Shown piece by piece: positions 1 through 11,884 of a stretch of 64,000 nucleotides of DNA. The position numbers were made by a program, and so were the translations under genes. A model generated the notes under the pieces. That model was not told the origin of the DNA and did not search any database. It worked only from the letters and a program-made list of their open reading frames with translations. Source of the DNA: Magallana gigas (taxonomy: Eukaryota); the NCBI RefSeq assembly GCF_963853765.1, contig NC_088858.1, positions 9,486,001-9,550,000 of the forward strand, written 5' to 3'. How positions within the stretch are numbered: the stretch's first letter is position 1; the number at the start of each line of letters is the position of its first letter.

Positions 1-768
1 ATTTGAGAAAAAGTTTGAGACTTTTAAATAATTTCATTACATGTTGAATTGGTAATGGATAAAAATAGCGTTTTATCAGTACAAAAAGGTCAAAATATCA
101 ATTAGGTGAAGAAATTGTAACATTTTTCTCTATGATAATTTTAATTTTATTTTATTTGAATAGTACACATTTGTATTTGATGCCATGGTTCATTCCGATA
201 ATAAAATATAAAAGGAAAAGCGATTTATGTGTAATCTGCACTTTCAGTGCAGAATGGTCATATTAAATACACCGTAGCGCCAAATGAAGCATATAGACCC
301 CAAAATTTTGTTGTGAAATTTGGTTAAGCTATGTGTGAAGATTTTTTTAAAAAAACTTTAAGACTTTTTATCGTAGGATCCAACGTCCTCAAGGGCACAC
401 ATCCAAAAATTAAAGTCTGAGTTCTGATATAAACGTGGGAATATCTTGTAGTCAAGGGTAGTTTTATTAGATTTCGACTAAGAGGTATATACATGTATCT
501 GCAATGACATACAATCAATCTTACTTTTTAATGGAAGTTTAGTTTTACCAATACCAGTTGCAGAGCAGGATTGAGGAGACCGAGTATTCAATAAATGATC
601 GATACAAATTTCATCAATCCTAATATTAAATAAACCTTAGCGCCAAAAATTGACATCATTGCTTATTCCGATTTTATTCCAATTCATATATTCGATTAGA
701 TTATCGGACCCTTCGTTTGGAAACCTGACTTGACATCCATCTTGTTTAAAGTTAGAATTCAACGTTAA

Positions 769-2221
769 CACTGTGCCGGATAATTATGCCAGTGCCAAGG
801 TGGCATTTTTGCAACCGCTTAAGATGCAGTTTCGGAAAAATCCATGTATACCAAATGATAGACCATTGTCTAGAGAGTATATAACCACTTTTGTTTTTAG
901 TGTGTTTCACCTGACAGGTGAGATATTTACCTTTAAAAATAAATATCCCATAGGAAAATGATAATTCCCATAGGATAATTGATTCTCCTACAGGAAATAT
1001 TGACAATTCTAAAGGATTTTATAAAAGTCCTGTAGGAATTATATTTCCTATAGGAGAATGGTATTTCCTGTAGGAATTTGATTCAGACATTTAGATTTCC
1101 TATAGGATATTAAGTTTTCCTATCGGATTTTATCAAATCCTATCGGAATTGAAATTCCTATAGGAAGTTCTTGTATTTCGATAGGAAACTTCAAATTACC
1201 TATACTGGTACTGTACCAGTTATCGGCTAAGACCAGTTATCGGCTAAACTGAGGGTTCGGGTTTATAGCATGTGACTATCCGAGATTTTTTAATTCAGTC
1301 GTCTGTTTCGAATGAAGAAAAGTAAGTTTGCTTGAAAACTTTCTTGAATATGTTTTAAACATAAGCTTTAACGATCATTGTTTACCGCTGATTTACATCT
1401 TTGCACTTTCAGCTACGGGGAAAGTGACGTAATAAGTTAAAAATAGAATATGACCTCTTTGTAATACGTTATTATATCCCTTCTTTAATTTGACATATAA
1501 TATCAATACATATAAAATTTCTAAACAAAAGAAATTCTCTAAATTCTGAGAGATTCATGGTGCAGTTGAACGCCTGATTGCAAAATTATGTATTGAACAG
1601 CATACGTTTTTATGTATTAACGTATGATGATAAACGGATAATTTTATGAGTTTTGTTTATGTATAGTAACCCCTATGACCTATAGGCTGACCCCGCAAGG
1701 AACATAATTCAATTTAAACTTTGAAGAATATAAAATCAACATATGTAAAGGGATATTACTGTGTTATTATCACGAAGCCGATAACTGGTACAGTAAATGG
1801 TAAAAACTCGGCAAATTCGGAGCGTGCTAAATAGCACAAAAACAATATGTTTGGGTTCTAAATGATGATATAATCTAACAGATTGATAAATTAGGAGTTC
1901 ACCATTTAAAATATGTCGAGTTTTAGTCAAATATATCAAGAAATAAGGAAACACGAAAAGAAAACGTAAAATTATAGCCGATAACTGGTACAGTGCCAGT
2001 AGGAATATTGTTTTTCCTATGGGAAAAATTATTTTCCTACAGGAATTTATTTTTGAAAGGTAAATATCTCACCTGACAGGTGAGATACAATGATAAAAAA
2101 GGTGGATGTTTACTCTTTAAGCGATGGTCTATCATATGACATATTTGAATTTTTCGCTATATGCAGCTTAAGCGGGTGCAAAAATGCCACCTTGGCACTG
2201 GCATAATTATCCGGCACAGTG
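769..2221. mobile_element. Foldback/MITE-like non-autonomous DNA element (family A), interrupted by a nested MITE
   Basis: Long imperfect inverted arms start CACTGTGCCGGATAATTATGCCAGTGCCAAGGTGGCATTTTTGCA (769) and end ...GGCATAATTATCCGGCACAGTG (2221). The interior has many TTCCTATAGGAA-type palindromes. Related copies lie at 17650-18292 and 9787-10170. Confidence 0.85.
1205..1999. mobile_element. Nested MITE with 25-bp TIRs and TA target-site duplication (Tc1/mariner-type signature)
   Basis: TIR CTGGTACTGTACCAGTTATCGGCTA / TAGCCGATAACTGGTACAGTGCCAG (1 mismatch), with TA at 1203-1204 and 2000-2001. The empty site TTACC-TATA-GGAATATTG is seen in the family A copy at ~18079-18096. Confidence 0.9.
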
Positions 2222-2453
2222 TTCGTACTACAAGGTGGATCTACACACCAAAATGAAATTTGATTTTATAAAAAAAGAAGACAGATACATGATCCTTAAT
2301 TTCTTATACAATCTATTTGGGGTAGTTTTTCATTAGTTAATTCAATAAGACCTAGTATCATCCCTTATTTGTAAAAAATACTGTAAAGGTGTCGAGCCAC
2401 CTCAAAAAACCAAACTCCGGAATAAATTTGCTTAATTTGCTATAGGGTTAAAA

Positions 2454-2590
2454 NNNNNNNNNNNNNNNNNNNNNNNNNNNNNNNNNNNNNNNNNNNNNNN
2501 NNNNNNNNNNNNNNNNNNNNNNNNNNNNNNNNNNNNNNNNNNNNNNNNNNNNNNNNNNNNNNNNNNNNNNNNNNNNNNNNNNNNNNNNNN
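2454..2590. other. Assembly gap (N run)
   Basis: Run of N. Confidence 1.
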
Positions 2591-2669
2591 ATTTTAGTTA
2601 CACTGTTGTTACAATAATACTTGCTTTATCATCATAAATTTATTCGTGTCTACATGTATATGATTTCAG

Positions 2670-2834
2670 AGAAAAGCATACATTAAAGTGGTTTTCCTGA
2701 AGGTGGGAGAAATAGATACACTGAAGGAGTTTTTTGTTGCGGATGTGTTTGTACAGATAAGATGGAGAGAGCCCAGCCTGGACAAGCCAGCAACGGAGGG
2801 TCAACGAATGAAGCAGGTGCTCACCGGAGCCCTG
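2670..2834 (+). CDS. pLGIC coding exon (first visible): RKAYIKVVFLKVGEIDTLKE...QVLTGAL
   Basis: Acceptor tttcAG at 2668-2669, donor GTGAGT at 2835; beta1-beta2 motif. Not in the ORF track. Confidence 0.85.
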
Positions 2835-5800
2835 GTGAGTCACTAACGTATCTCTTGTAAGAGCTTAATCAAACTTCACATAAACAATTAGTGCAATCAA
2901 TATAATATACATGTAATTAATACCATGGTTAAAAACCATCTATATAAGAAGTTTGGCAGTTATGAAGCGAAAGCTTACTTGTCCATAATATGTAGATATA
3001 TGCTTAAACATCTGAGAGTGTCCCAATAAAAATGTTAATTAAACTCAACTAGCAACTGTATAAATGTTGAAATTAAAACAAAATATTTACTCTTCAATGT
3101 ATTAACGAGATGTATGAATTTTTTTTCCTGTAGAAAAGTCTTACGCAAAACTACATAGAAATATCAAAAACAAAGGTAGGTCGCAATTCTCATGGTTAAT
3201 CTTACTTATTTTCTTTAAAACAGAAATATAAAAGTTATTTGTTCATTGTGTATGTATTTAATTTGTGTTGACTATGTTGATGCTGAAATGGAATATCGTA
3301 AACTTGATAGAGCAAGAAATTCCAGTATGAAAACTACTGGGACCCAAAGATAGTGTTCCAAAATGTTCTGAGTGAAAGCAAACATTCCGAATGGAAAGTA
3401 ATGCGGCACTATGACGAAGGCGAGGCGTACATTGTACAAAAACACAGGCTGAAAGCAACCTTTTCCGAAAATCTGGAACTAGCATTATTCCCTTTCGACA
3501 TTCAGGTTTGTAGCTGGTCTTGGAAGTTATTCCTCTTTTTACCCGAACAAGAATGTTTTCTAAAGCATTATTCTCTTTTGACATTCAGATTTGTGGTTGG
3601 TCTTGAAGTTATTCCTCTTTTTACATGAACAAGAATGTTTTCTATGTGTACAATGTAGCAATCCAAATAGCAGAGCAATGTTTCTAAAGACTATTTTTGC
3701 AGAAAATGACTGAATGTTAAAATAAATAAATGATTAAGGGATTGATGAAGAGAATTTGTGCACGGAGACAAAAAAATGATTACATTTATATACAAATATA
3801 CCATACATTTAACGAAAGGGTAACCATTTTTGATAAATCTGGTGAAATAATGTGTTCTCAATTCTTGATGTATAAATCTCAATTTAAGTACTTGCACGTG
3901 TGCTTGATATTATGAATATGGTTATAAACAAATGTTCACTGCTATAATTTAAAAAATTAAAACATAAAATAATGCATAACATCTGATGTCGAATATCATC
4001 ATTCAATACGTGTAGTTCTTTTTTTTCAAAGGACTTGACCTTGATCATCAGCACAGAACTATCGGAAGCGGAAGTTGAGCTGGAGGAGGATCTTGAAGAG
4101 ATGTCCAGTGTACAAATTGACAGTTTTGCAAAAGAACAAGAGTGGACCCTCCACGAATGCGTTTCTTTTACACCAAAAGTTACAACCAAAGCTTACACGA
4201 ATCCAAAATTCAAAAACCCAACCGTCGTTGCCGGGTGTTTTGCAGGAAGGCGGGCCGGATTCTTCATCTGGAATGTGATGCTTATCATGGTAATTTTTAT
4301 GTACATATATATGAAATGCTTTAAAATCAATATTGTTCAAGTACCATAAACCTACGTCCATTAATCCCATATACAAAATTATATAAGTATTGATTTGAGA
4401 TACAAAGACGTCCCTAGATTTGATGTTTTGAACAAATTTCACGTTTTTGGAAAAATATATTTTCAACATACATGTTATATTTATTTACTCAACCTTTCTT
4501 TAGAATTTTCTTTAGAATTTATACCCTGTACTATAAAAATATTGTTCGATTAGATTACAGTTATTGCCATTTATATTCAAACAACAAATAGGTTAACTAT
4601 GAAAACAAACTGAAAAAAATAAGCATTAGGGTATGCACATTTCTTACAAGACGTTAAAAGACCAGAGCTAAGGGCCTAAACGGTCACCTGAGAATAATAC
4701 AGCCCTTTAAATAATTACAATTTTATTATTTTCATTTATTTTCCCTCGGACTGAAATGTCAAACTTCATTGGTTTAAACATGACACGTTACTGCTGGATA
4801 TATATCAGTCTGGTGAGAATTAATATTCGGCAATATGACCGACGCTTCGCCAACTCATCCCGCCATTTCATAATTTTTAAATAAAAAACCACACTCAGTG
4901 TGTTCTTAAAATATTTGGAGTAGTTTCCCTTTTAAATTACGTTTGAATTTAAGAAGTTGCCTTTTGAAATGACGTTACATTGTTGTGTATGGAGCAGAAT
5001 AAAACGATAGCGTCGAAATTTGCTCAAACCTCTGTGTAGGGAAGGGAGAAAAAGTTTAAAATTAAACAGCAACAAAACATGACAAAAGAACGAGGGCGCA
5101 GCAAAGATTTTTAAAGACTTTTTAAACGATGAGGATGAAATTTTTTAGAGATCGATTGTGTTAAATTGGACGAAATGTAAGTCACTTTTATGCCTGGATT
5201 TTTGAGGATGATCGCTTTTTATGAAACTATTGTCACACTCGATTGTCTTCCGTAAAACTTAATAGTTTGTTACTGTCTGACTACAGAAATATATCGCATT
5301 GATGTCTCATAGATGACTTGGCTTCGCATCGCCGCCTGATCAACCCGATATATTTCTATAGTCAGCCAGTAACAAACCTAATCACTTATAATAGACGTTC
5401 TTGCCTAGCTTAGTCATTTACTTAGTATGCTAGCTAGGCGTCGATGAGTATAAAATAAAGTATAGAAGATTTCAAAATAATTCAAACAAACTCATAATAT
5501 GAAAATTAATTCGAATAACAACCACGTGTTAAAGTTTTGGTTAGTTTGTTGCCGTGCTTAGTAGGTTTTAAACAATAAGGATACATGTACTTCAATCTTT
5601 CGCAAATGTCGAGACAATTGTAATCACATTGGGTACCAGAAGCCGGAGATTGAAGGAAATTAATACAAAGAAACAATAAGATCAAGTTTCATTACGACCG
5701 TTCAGTTTTAAGTTACAAAGTCCTTTTTGGAAATCTTATAATATGGTTTTTTAATGAATTTTGATTACACGGATTAACATAAAACCCGTCTTTCTAATTT

Positions 5801-8137
5801 TTGATTAAGGTCTCAGGCGCAAGTTTATTCGATGAATTTAATTATGATTCTATTTTATAATAATATACAGAGGAAATAAGGTATTTTCTAAGATTATTTT
5901 ATTTATTTCAGACATTGATTAGTTCCCTGTCATTGGCGACTTTTGCCGTGGACAGGGGCTTGCCACAAAACCGTCTCCAGCTGTCCTTTACATTGGTTCT
6001 AACTGGCGTGGCGTTCAAGTTTGTCGCCAATCAATCCATACCCAAGATATCTTACTTAACTCATCTGGTGAGTATTCATGAAGATATTGTGAACCGAGAA
6101 ATACCAGTATTATAAAAATGTAGCCATGCATGGAATTATTAATTCTTGTAACATTATGTATTGCAATAGAAGCAAAATAATACCAAAATACACATCTTTT
6201 GCCTAATGTAACAAGTTGTTGAAATTGATCCTTTACAAATTAACAATTTACCCATTGAAGGAACAAATAGTACAGTTTTACTTGTGTAAGCAAAAAAATT
6301 ACAAAAATACACATCTTTTGCTTAATTTCACATTTTTTTGTAAATGGTCATTTGCAAATCAACAATTTACCCTTTGAAGGAATAAATAGGGTAGTGTTAC
6401 TAATGTAATCAACTAATTAACAAACCACGCTAGCCCCAGGCGTTAACTACAATGAAACAATGAAATATGTATGACGGTACCCAGGTTACTTCGAGAGATT
6501 AAAACTTTGAGGGGTCGGAGTTCGAGCCATTGAGTGTCACCTGTATCTCCAATGTTGTCAACATGGGGGTATTTGGTGGGTTGAAATTTATGCAACCGTG
6601 AACTACTTATAATATAAATTTGCTTTGATGTTTTCAAAACAGGATAGGTACATCCTGGGTAGCATGATTTTTCTGTACCTTGTCTGTATCTGGCACGGTG
6701 TGGTGACCTTGATAGAGGGCGTCGCGGCGGGTGCAGAGGCAGACCGTGATGCCTTCATTGTGTTCGCTTCCAGCTTTGCTTGTCTTCAAGTTATGTTCAT
6801 TATCAGCGTTGTCATCAGCGTAAGTAGAGTTCTTTACTTAAAATGGAAAGTGAAATTTATTATTAAATAAGAAATTCCTTATCTGTGTTCATTTCATGGT
6901 CTAATGCATGGTGATAAGTTAAAACAGCTTCGGTAATAAGTAACGTATTTGTGCCAGGTGTAGGGTAGAATTTCATTATAAACAAACATGTTTTCAAATA
7001 AAATTTGAAATTGTACCAAATAACAACTCTGTGCACTCACTGACCAAAACACGTGATACCTGAATTACACCGGTGTTCCTTTTCGGATGCAAAAGGCAAA
7101 AACTAGCTTCTATAATATTTTTTGTCTCAAGCTTGCATTTTTCACATATAACACATCAATTCTTTATTACCAGGAGGGCTGGTCCAAGAAGTCATATTAG
7201 TAGTTTGAATGAATCATTGAATTAGTCCCTGATAGTTTTTTTTATTTAATTCGATTTAATATCAATATTTAGCAAAGATACTTGAAATAAACATACAAAT
7301 TCTATGTTATGCAAATCCTTATTCGTTCATTTTTCACCGAAAACAAATAATAGGTCATATATAGAGTTGAGCAAAAATCATGTATATGAGTGGACAACGT
7401 GGCAACACTCACTGCACGTCACTACATAATTTCAAATCAGTCAAATCAGTCAAAACAGCAAACACACCCAGTAAGCCCGAACATGTTCTGATTAAAATCA
7501 CAATAGTAATTGACCGATTTTTCCGTAAATACAAATGTATTTAGCATACATGTCAAATCCAGCTCTCTCTCTCTCTCTCTCTCTCTCTGTATGTACTACT
7601 CCGTTAATAGACTTAGAAGTTTAAAAGGAAATTCTTCATTCTCGGTACACTGTCCTCGGAAAATTTACAAATAATTCTCTCTTCATTCGCTGTTTTAAAA
7701 TGGGTTTAACTTCAACCGACTTAATCAGTTTTCTTTTTTTAAATTGTAATATTTATTTATTTTTAGGGTTACCAAAGATACTCAAATGTTAAGAAAATTG
7801 AAAGAAAATATCAGGTAGACTCTTTCTTGCAATGTTAAAAAATGTCTAAAAAACTGATAAGATTATTTCACTTCGTCTTGAACTATAAATGCTATATTAT
7901 TAATCACAACGGGTATTTATAAAAGAGAGACATAGTTTTATTTGCATATCGTAAGCTTCATGATCATTTTGTTTTCAAAAACGTATAGGAAATTTTTAAA
8001 GCTTTGTACTTAATAGTCTCTAATTTAAAGAGCTAGTAAAAGTACTATTCTTTTTGCAGGAAAAAATCGGCAAACGGTTGGCTTTCGAAAAAGAATCTAC
8101 TAAAAAGAAAACAAGGGTCAGTTCCATGGACGTGTAG
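2670..8137 (+). CDS. Cys-less (Pro-loop) pentameric ligand-gated ion channel subunit, 5'-partial; join(2670..2834,3311..3505,4032..4289,5912..6067,6643..6819,7767..7814,8060..8137), 358 aa visible
   Basis: Seven AG/GT-bounded exons splice into one open frame. Motifs: VVFLKVGEIDTLKE, RWREP, YWDPKIVFQN, FSENLELALFPFDIQ (loop 7 without cysteines), EQEW, RRAGFFIWNV (pre-M1/M1), NRLQLSFTLVLT (M2), IPKISYLTHLDRY (M2-M3), short M3-M4 linker, M4, TAG at 8135-8137. Confidence 0.9.
3311..3505 (+). CDS. pLGIC coding exon: SKKFQYENYWDPKIVFQN...ENLELALFPFDIQ
   Basis: Acceptor gatAG at 3309-3310 (an in-frame alternative ttccAG lies just downstream), donor GT at 3506; WxP and FPFD motifs. Confidence 0.88.
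3481..3644 (+). repeat. 83-bp tandem duplication spanning an exon 3' end and its splice donor
   Basis: AGCATTATTC...GACATTCAG|GTTTG...AAGAATGTTTTCTA starts at 3481 and again at 3564. The second copy has AT instead of GT. Confidence 0.85.
4032..4289 (+). CDS. pLGIC coding exon: DLTLIISTEL...EQEWTL...RRAGFFIWNVMLIM
   Basis: Acceptor tttcaaAG at 4030-4031, donor GTAATT at 4290. Confidence 0.9.
5266..5376. mobile_element. Small hairpin element remnant in a pLGIC intron
   Basis: 31-bp inverted arms (2 mismatches) at 5266-5296 and 5346-5376, with GCTTCGC at the centre (5321-5327). Confidence 0.6.
5912..6067 (+). CDS. pLGIC coding exon: M1 end, M2 and M2-M3 loop (TLISSLSLATF...NRLQLSFTLVLT...IPKISYLTHL)
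   Basis: Acceptor tttcAG at 5910-5911, donor GTGAGT at 6068. Confidence 0.92.
6643..6819 (+). CDS. pLGIC coding exon: M3, short linker, M4 (DRYILGSMIFLYLVCIWH...VMFIISVVIS)
   Basis: Acceptor aacAG at 6641-6642, donor GTAAGT at 6820. Confidence 0.9.
7563..7588. repeat. (CT)n microsatellite
   Basis: About 13 CT units. Confidence 0.95.
7767..7814 (+). CDS. pLGIC 48-nt coding exon (GYQRYSNVKKIERKYQ)
   Basis: Acceptor ttttAG at 7765-7766, donor GTAGAC at 7815; conserved in the pseudogene at 26358-26405. Confidence 0.8.
8060..8137 (+). CDS. pLGIC terminal coding exon (EKIGKRLAFEKESTKKKTRVSSMDV*)
   Basis: Acceptor tttttgcAG at 8058-8059, stop TAG; conserved in the pseudogene at 26728-26806. Confidence 0.8.
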   Translation, partial: EKIGKRLAFEKESTKKKTRVSSMDV

Positions 8138-9786
8138 GAGATGTCTAACAAAGATCTCCTTGGACAATTCCTAATTAATTGTCTTCTCATTTTAACTAAA
8201 TTAGCGTTTAATTAACACTATTATTGAGCGAATGAGGTGATAATTACATGTATTGAGTGGTAGCTTACTAGTTATAAGTTATCAGTAAACACTGCAAAAA
8301 CGTCAGAAAAAACTTATCGAGTTAATGCAGAATAGCAATTAAGGTTGATTTCAAACTTTTGAGGTAGTGATAGAACTGCGTTCATTAAATTTATGCATAT
8401 CTAAGACTTTCCTTACGCTGTTTAATATATAATGCACTTGAAGTATGGAACTTTAGTTTTAAACAAACTAACATTTAGGTTTGAAGCTGATATTAAGTGT
8501 GTTTTGAAAAGAGTATTGTGTGCCATTATAACTTAAAACTTTGATAACGTTTTCTGACAAATATATTGAAGAGGCAAATGTTAGAATTCGAGTAGTTAAA
8601 ACTAGTTATATTACCATAATTTATATAAGTTTTACACTGTAGCTGAGATGCCACGGACGTTTTGAAAACGTTAAAAAGTTGCTCTGTTATTCAACAGTTA
8701 ATTTTTAACCAAGCATACAATATACAGATTTACAGGAAATATTTCTCACGACTATTTGTAATTAAAAAAGCACAATATGTAGCAAGTGTTTCTATACGAG
8801 GAACAACGCGTTCTTCATTAATTTGATTTCTTGCACCTATAACCCTCCAATACACGATTAGCTGATACAGAATATATTGTAATGCTGAATAATTCGAGGG
8901 ACAGTCAAGGCCTCGCATTGAGTACCGTGTTAGATATATGTCAAAGCATACAAAGAAGTGATATCTTATATACAAAAAATTGTATTCGATTTGTTGTAGA
9001 TATTATAACCCCTGTACAACAATAAATGTGCTGCTTTAGGCAAATTAGTACTATTTCCTGACATCGTTAAATGTAATTATGTGAAAAAACTGATAATTGG
9101 CAAGTGAACTCTTAGACAAGCTATACCATTAGCTTAAGTACACACAAAAAAACCTAGTGGTAGTTAAAAGAAAACTGCTTAATTCGTTGAAAATAAGGTT
9201 TCTTTCAAAAGTATGCACAGTAAGTATTACCTGTTATGTGTGATCAAGATTGTTTTTATTTTATAAACTGTTGGTAAAATAAGGAACCCGTTCTAATTTA
9301 AGACAAACCAATGTATAAAAACCCATTAAACTGCAAATAGAAAGGGATGATACTACCTGAAACGCCTATGATCATATGTATAAAGAGTCTGTAAATGGAA
9401 AAATGCAAAATCCTTGTAGACTTTTTACATTTAGATGTGTATTGAAAACTAAAGCGATAGAGGGGTGATTCAAAACAGACAATCTGAACTGGGTTTTTTT
9501 GTGAATGATTGTAGTGTTAGTACAAAAACATTCATGATTATAAAAGTACCAAGAGTAGTTTGAACCTTGGGAAGACCATGTATTCATGTATTCAGAGTAG
9601 TTTAACCTTGACTCTAATTCTCATGATCCCAAAATTCATAACCACATCTTAGAGCGACATGGTCTCAATTTGAGCGTATATTTTCCCCTTAATTTTACAA
9701 TGTTTATAATGCTTAAGGAATGTTTATTTTTTATTGTTTCTGGATACTTTTGCCAGGACCAAGATGGAACCTCTTTTGTTTTTAGC

Positions 9787-10170
9787 GCGTCTCACATGAC
9801 AGGTGAAATATTTACCTTTAAAAATTAATATTTCACACAGAAATAAACATTTCCTTAGGAAAAATATTTTTCCTACAGGAAATTTTTAAAATCCTAAAGG
9901 GTTTTCTAAAACTCTCACAGGAATTATATTTCCTACAGGAGAAAAGTATTTTTTGTAGGAATTTGATTCACGCTGTGTAAAAAAAGACATCAATCAGTCG
10001 AACCCGTCCATGAAATTTACTATGAACCTTTATCTTACCTGACAGGTGAGATATATTGATAATATATGTGGTTATTACTTCTTCTGCAAAGGTCTATCAT
10101 ATGACATATCTGAATTTACGATACATGCACCTTAGTCTAGTGCAAAACTGCCACCTTGGTTCTGGTATAT
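9787..10170. mobile_element. Degenerate, internally deleted copy of family A foldback element
   Basis: Shares TCAC(A/C)TGACAGGTGA-ATATTTACCTTTAAAAA, ...CCTACAGGA... and right-arm motifs (GGTCTATCATATGACATA, GCCACCTTGG) with 769-2221. Confidence 0.7.
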
Positions 10171-11550
10171 TTCTTTAACAGATATCTTTATACAAGGGTT
10201 GATCCAAAAGTAATGTCACACTATGCACATGCAGCGCTTCTCATGGGAGCTGTATTGTATAAAATGATACATTAAAATTATCCCAATCAAAATTTTAATT
10301 CAAATGAAAAATTTGATACGCTGAATAATTGAAAAGATATGAATGTTTATAACATGATATATACGTGACATCGCCGTATCATAAAATTATGTCTCTTTTA
10401 GGTTTTTAATTCAGATTTAATAAAATGGTTCAACATTTGAAAAAAGATCCAAGCAACACAATATTTTAAAACAGATATGACACAGACTTTTTCTAACTGT
10501 TTTAAACCATTAGAAAACTTTACCGTCCATTTCGGTTAACTACGCAGTGCCTTTTGTCTCTCGACCACAGAATAAAAAAGCCGGATATGTGAATAGTAAT
10601 ACGATGTATTTTTTTGCTTCGAAAGATAAAAATTATTAGAAAATATACTGGAATTGATATATGAACCTAAAAGTGAGTGCGAGTGAACACGGTACCCTTA
10701 ATATGGTTCCAATATTAGCATATATAATGTTAATAACTAAATTAGATAGTCAGAAGACTTACGCTTTGAAGGAAAATTAAAGCTAGGTTCTTCTGGTTTC
10801 AGATATATTTTAAAATTACGTTCATGACATTTTGAAGAGCCATCGATAAAACTGATCTCACATTAAATAATCCAATATACTACTCCATCGATTACAAAAA
10901 GAGTAATTATTTACTTAATGAAAAATAATATGTGAATAGAGCATCATGGCTATTTTTTATATAGGACTAAATTATGAAGTTCTACCTGAACGCCAAGGAC
11001 TCAGAAATGACGTCACTGGCGTGCGGCGTCTATCCTTACCTCACTCTCTTTGAAATATATTATCTTCAGAAATAATTTTCATAATGCATTACAATTTTCA
11101 GATCTGAATTGAAAAAGGTATAGATATTCGAAGCACAAATTGTTGTCATTTTACGTCAGTTTTTCGCGATTTTATTGCATCTGTGACATAACTTTAGGAT
11201 CAACCCTCGTACTTTGCAAATAAGATTCCTAAAAGAAATTTAGAAAATTAGACATGAATTTTTTTAAAGTGTTCCATATGGAAAATTGTATTTTCCCAGT
11301 CAAATTTTAATTTCATTTGAGAATAATTTGTAGCATATCTGGATTTTTGGAAACTAGGCAACAATGGCACACACGTAATTATTATCACAGCGTTATTGTA
11401 AAGGTCATATGAATGGTATTGATCACTTCCGCCAAACAGAAAGAAATTGAGCGCTAATGCTCGTATTTACATTGATCTTACGTCACCCATGTATTCCATT
11501 ATCATAGCTTACTAAGGTTTCGGGAATAAGTGCACGTTTAACTGTTTTCC

Positions 11551-11710
11551 NNNNNNNNNNNNNNNNNNNNNNNNNNNNNNNNNNNNNNNNNNNNNNNNNN
11601 NNNNNNNNNNNNNNNNNNNNNNNNNNNNNNNNNNNNNNNNNNNNNNNNNNNNNNNNNNNNNNNNNNNNNNNNNNNNNNNNNNNNNNNNNNNNNNNNNNNN
11701 NNNNNNNNNN
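11551..11710. other. Assembly gap (N run)
   Basis: Run of N. Confidence 1.
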
Positions 11711-11884
11711 NTCTTCACCTTTTAATTGAACATGTCAAATATCGGCCAGAAAACGTTTTCGTACGATAAACTGTTTGATTGAAAATAAATCGATTTATCT
11801 TGATATTTAGAACAGAAATATGTTGCAGTCGTATTATCACAGACTTCCCCAATCAAAATGCCGTCACTTTCATTAAATGCTCTC

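Noticed and set aside
752-1006. Similar short ORFs at 752-1006, 773-961, 17469-17783, 18083-18331 and 31952-32165
   Set aside because: They are translations of family A inverted arms (the 31952-32165 pair a degenerate relative), not a protein family.
11512-11718. ORFs running through N gaps (also 23490-23727)
   Set aside because: They are artefacts of translating N runs.
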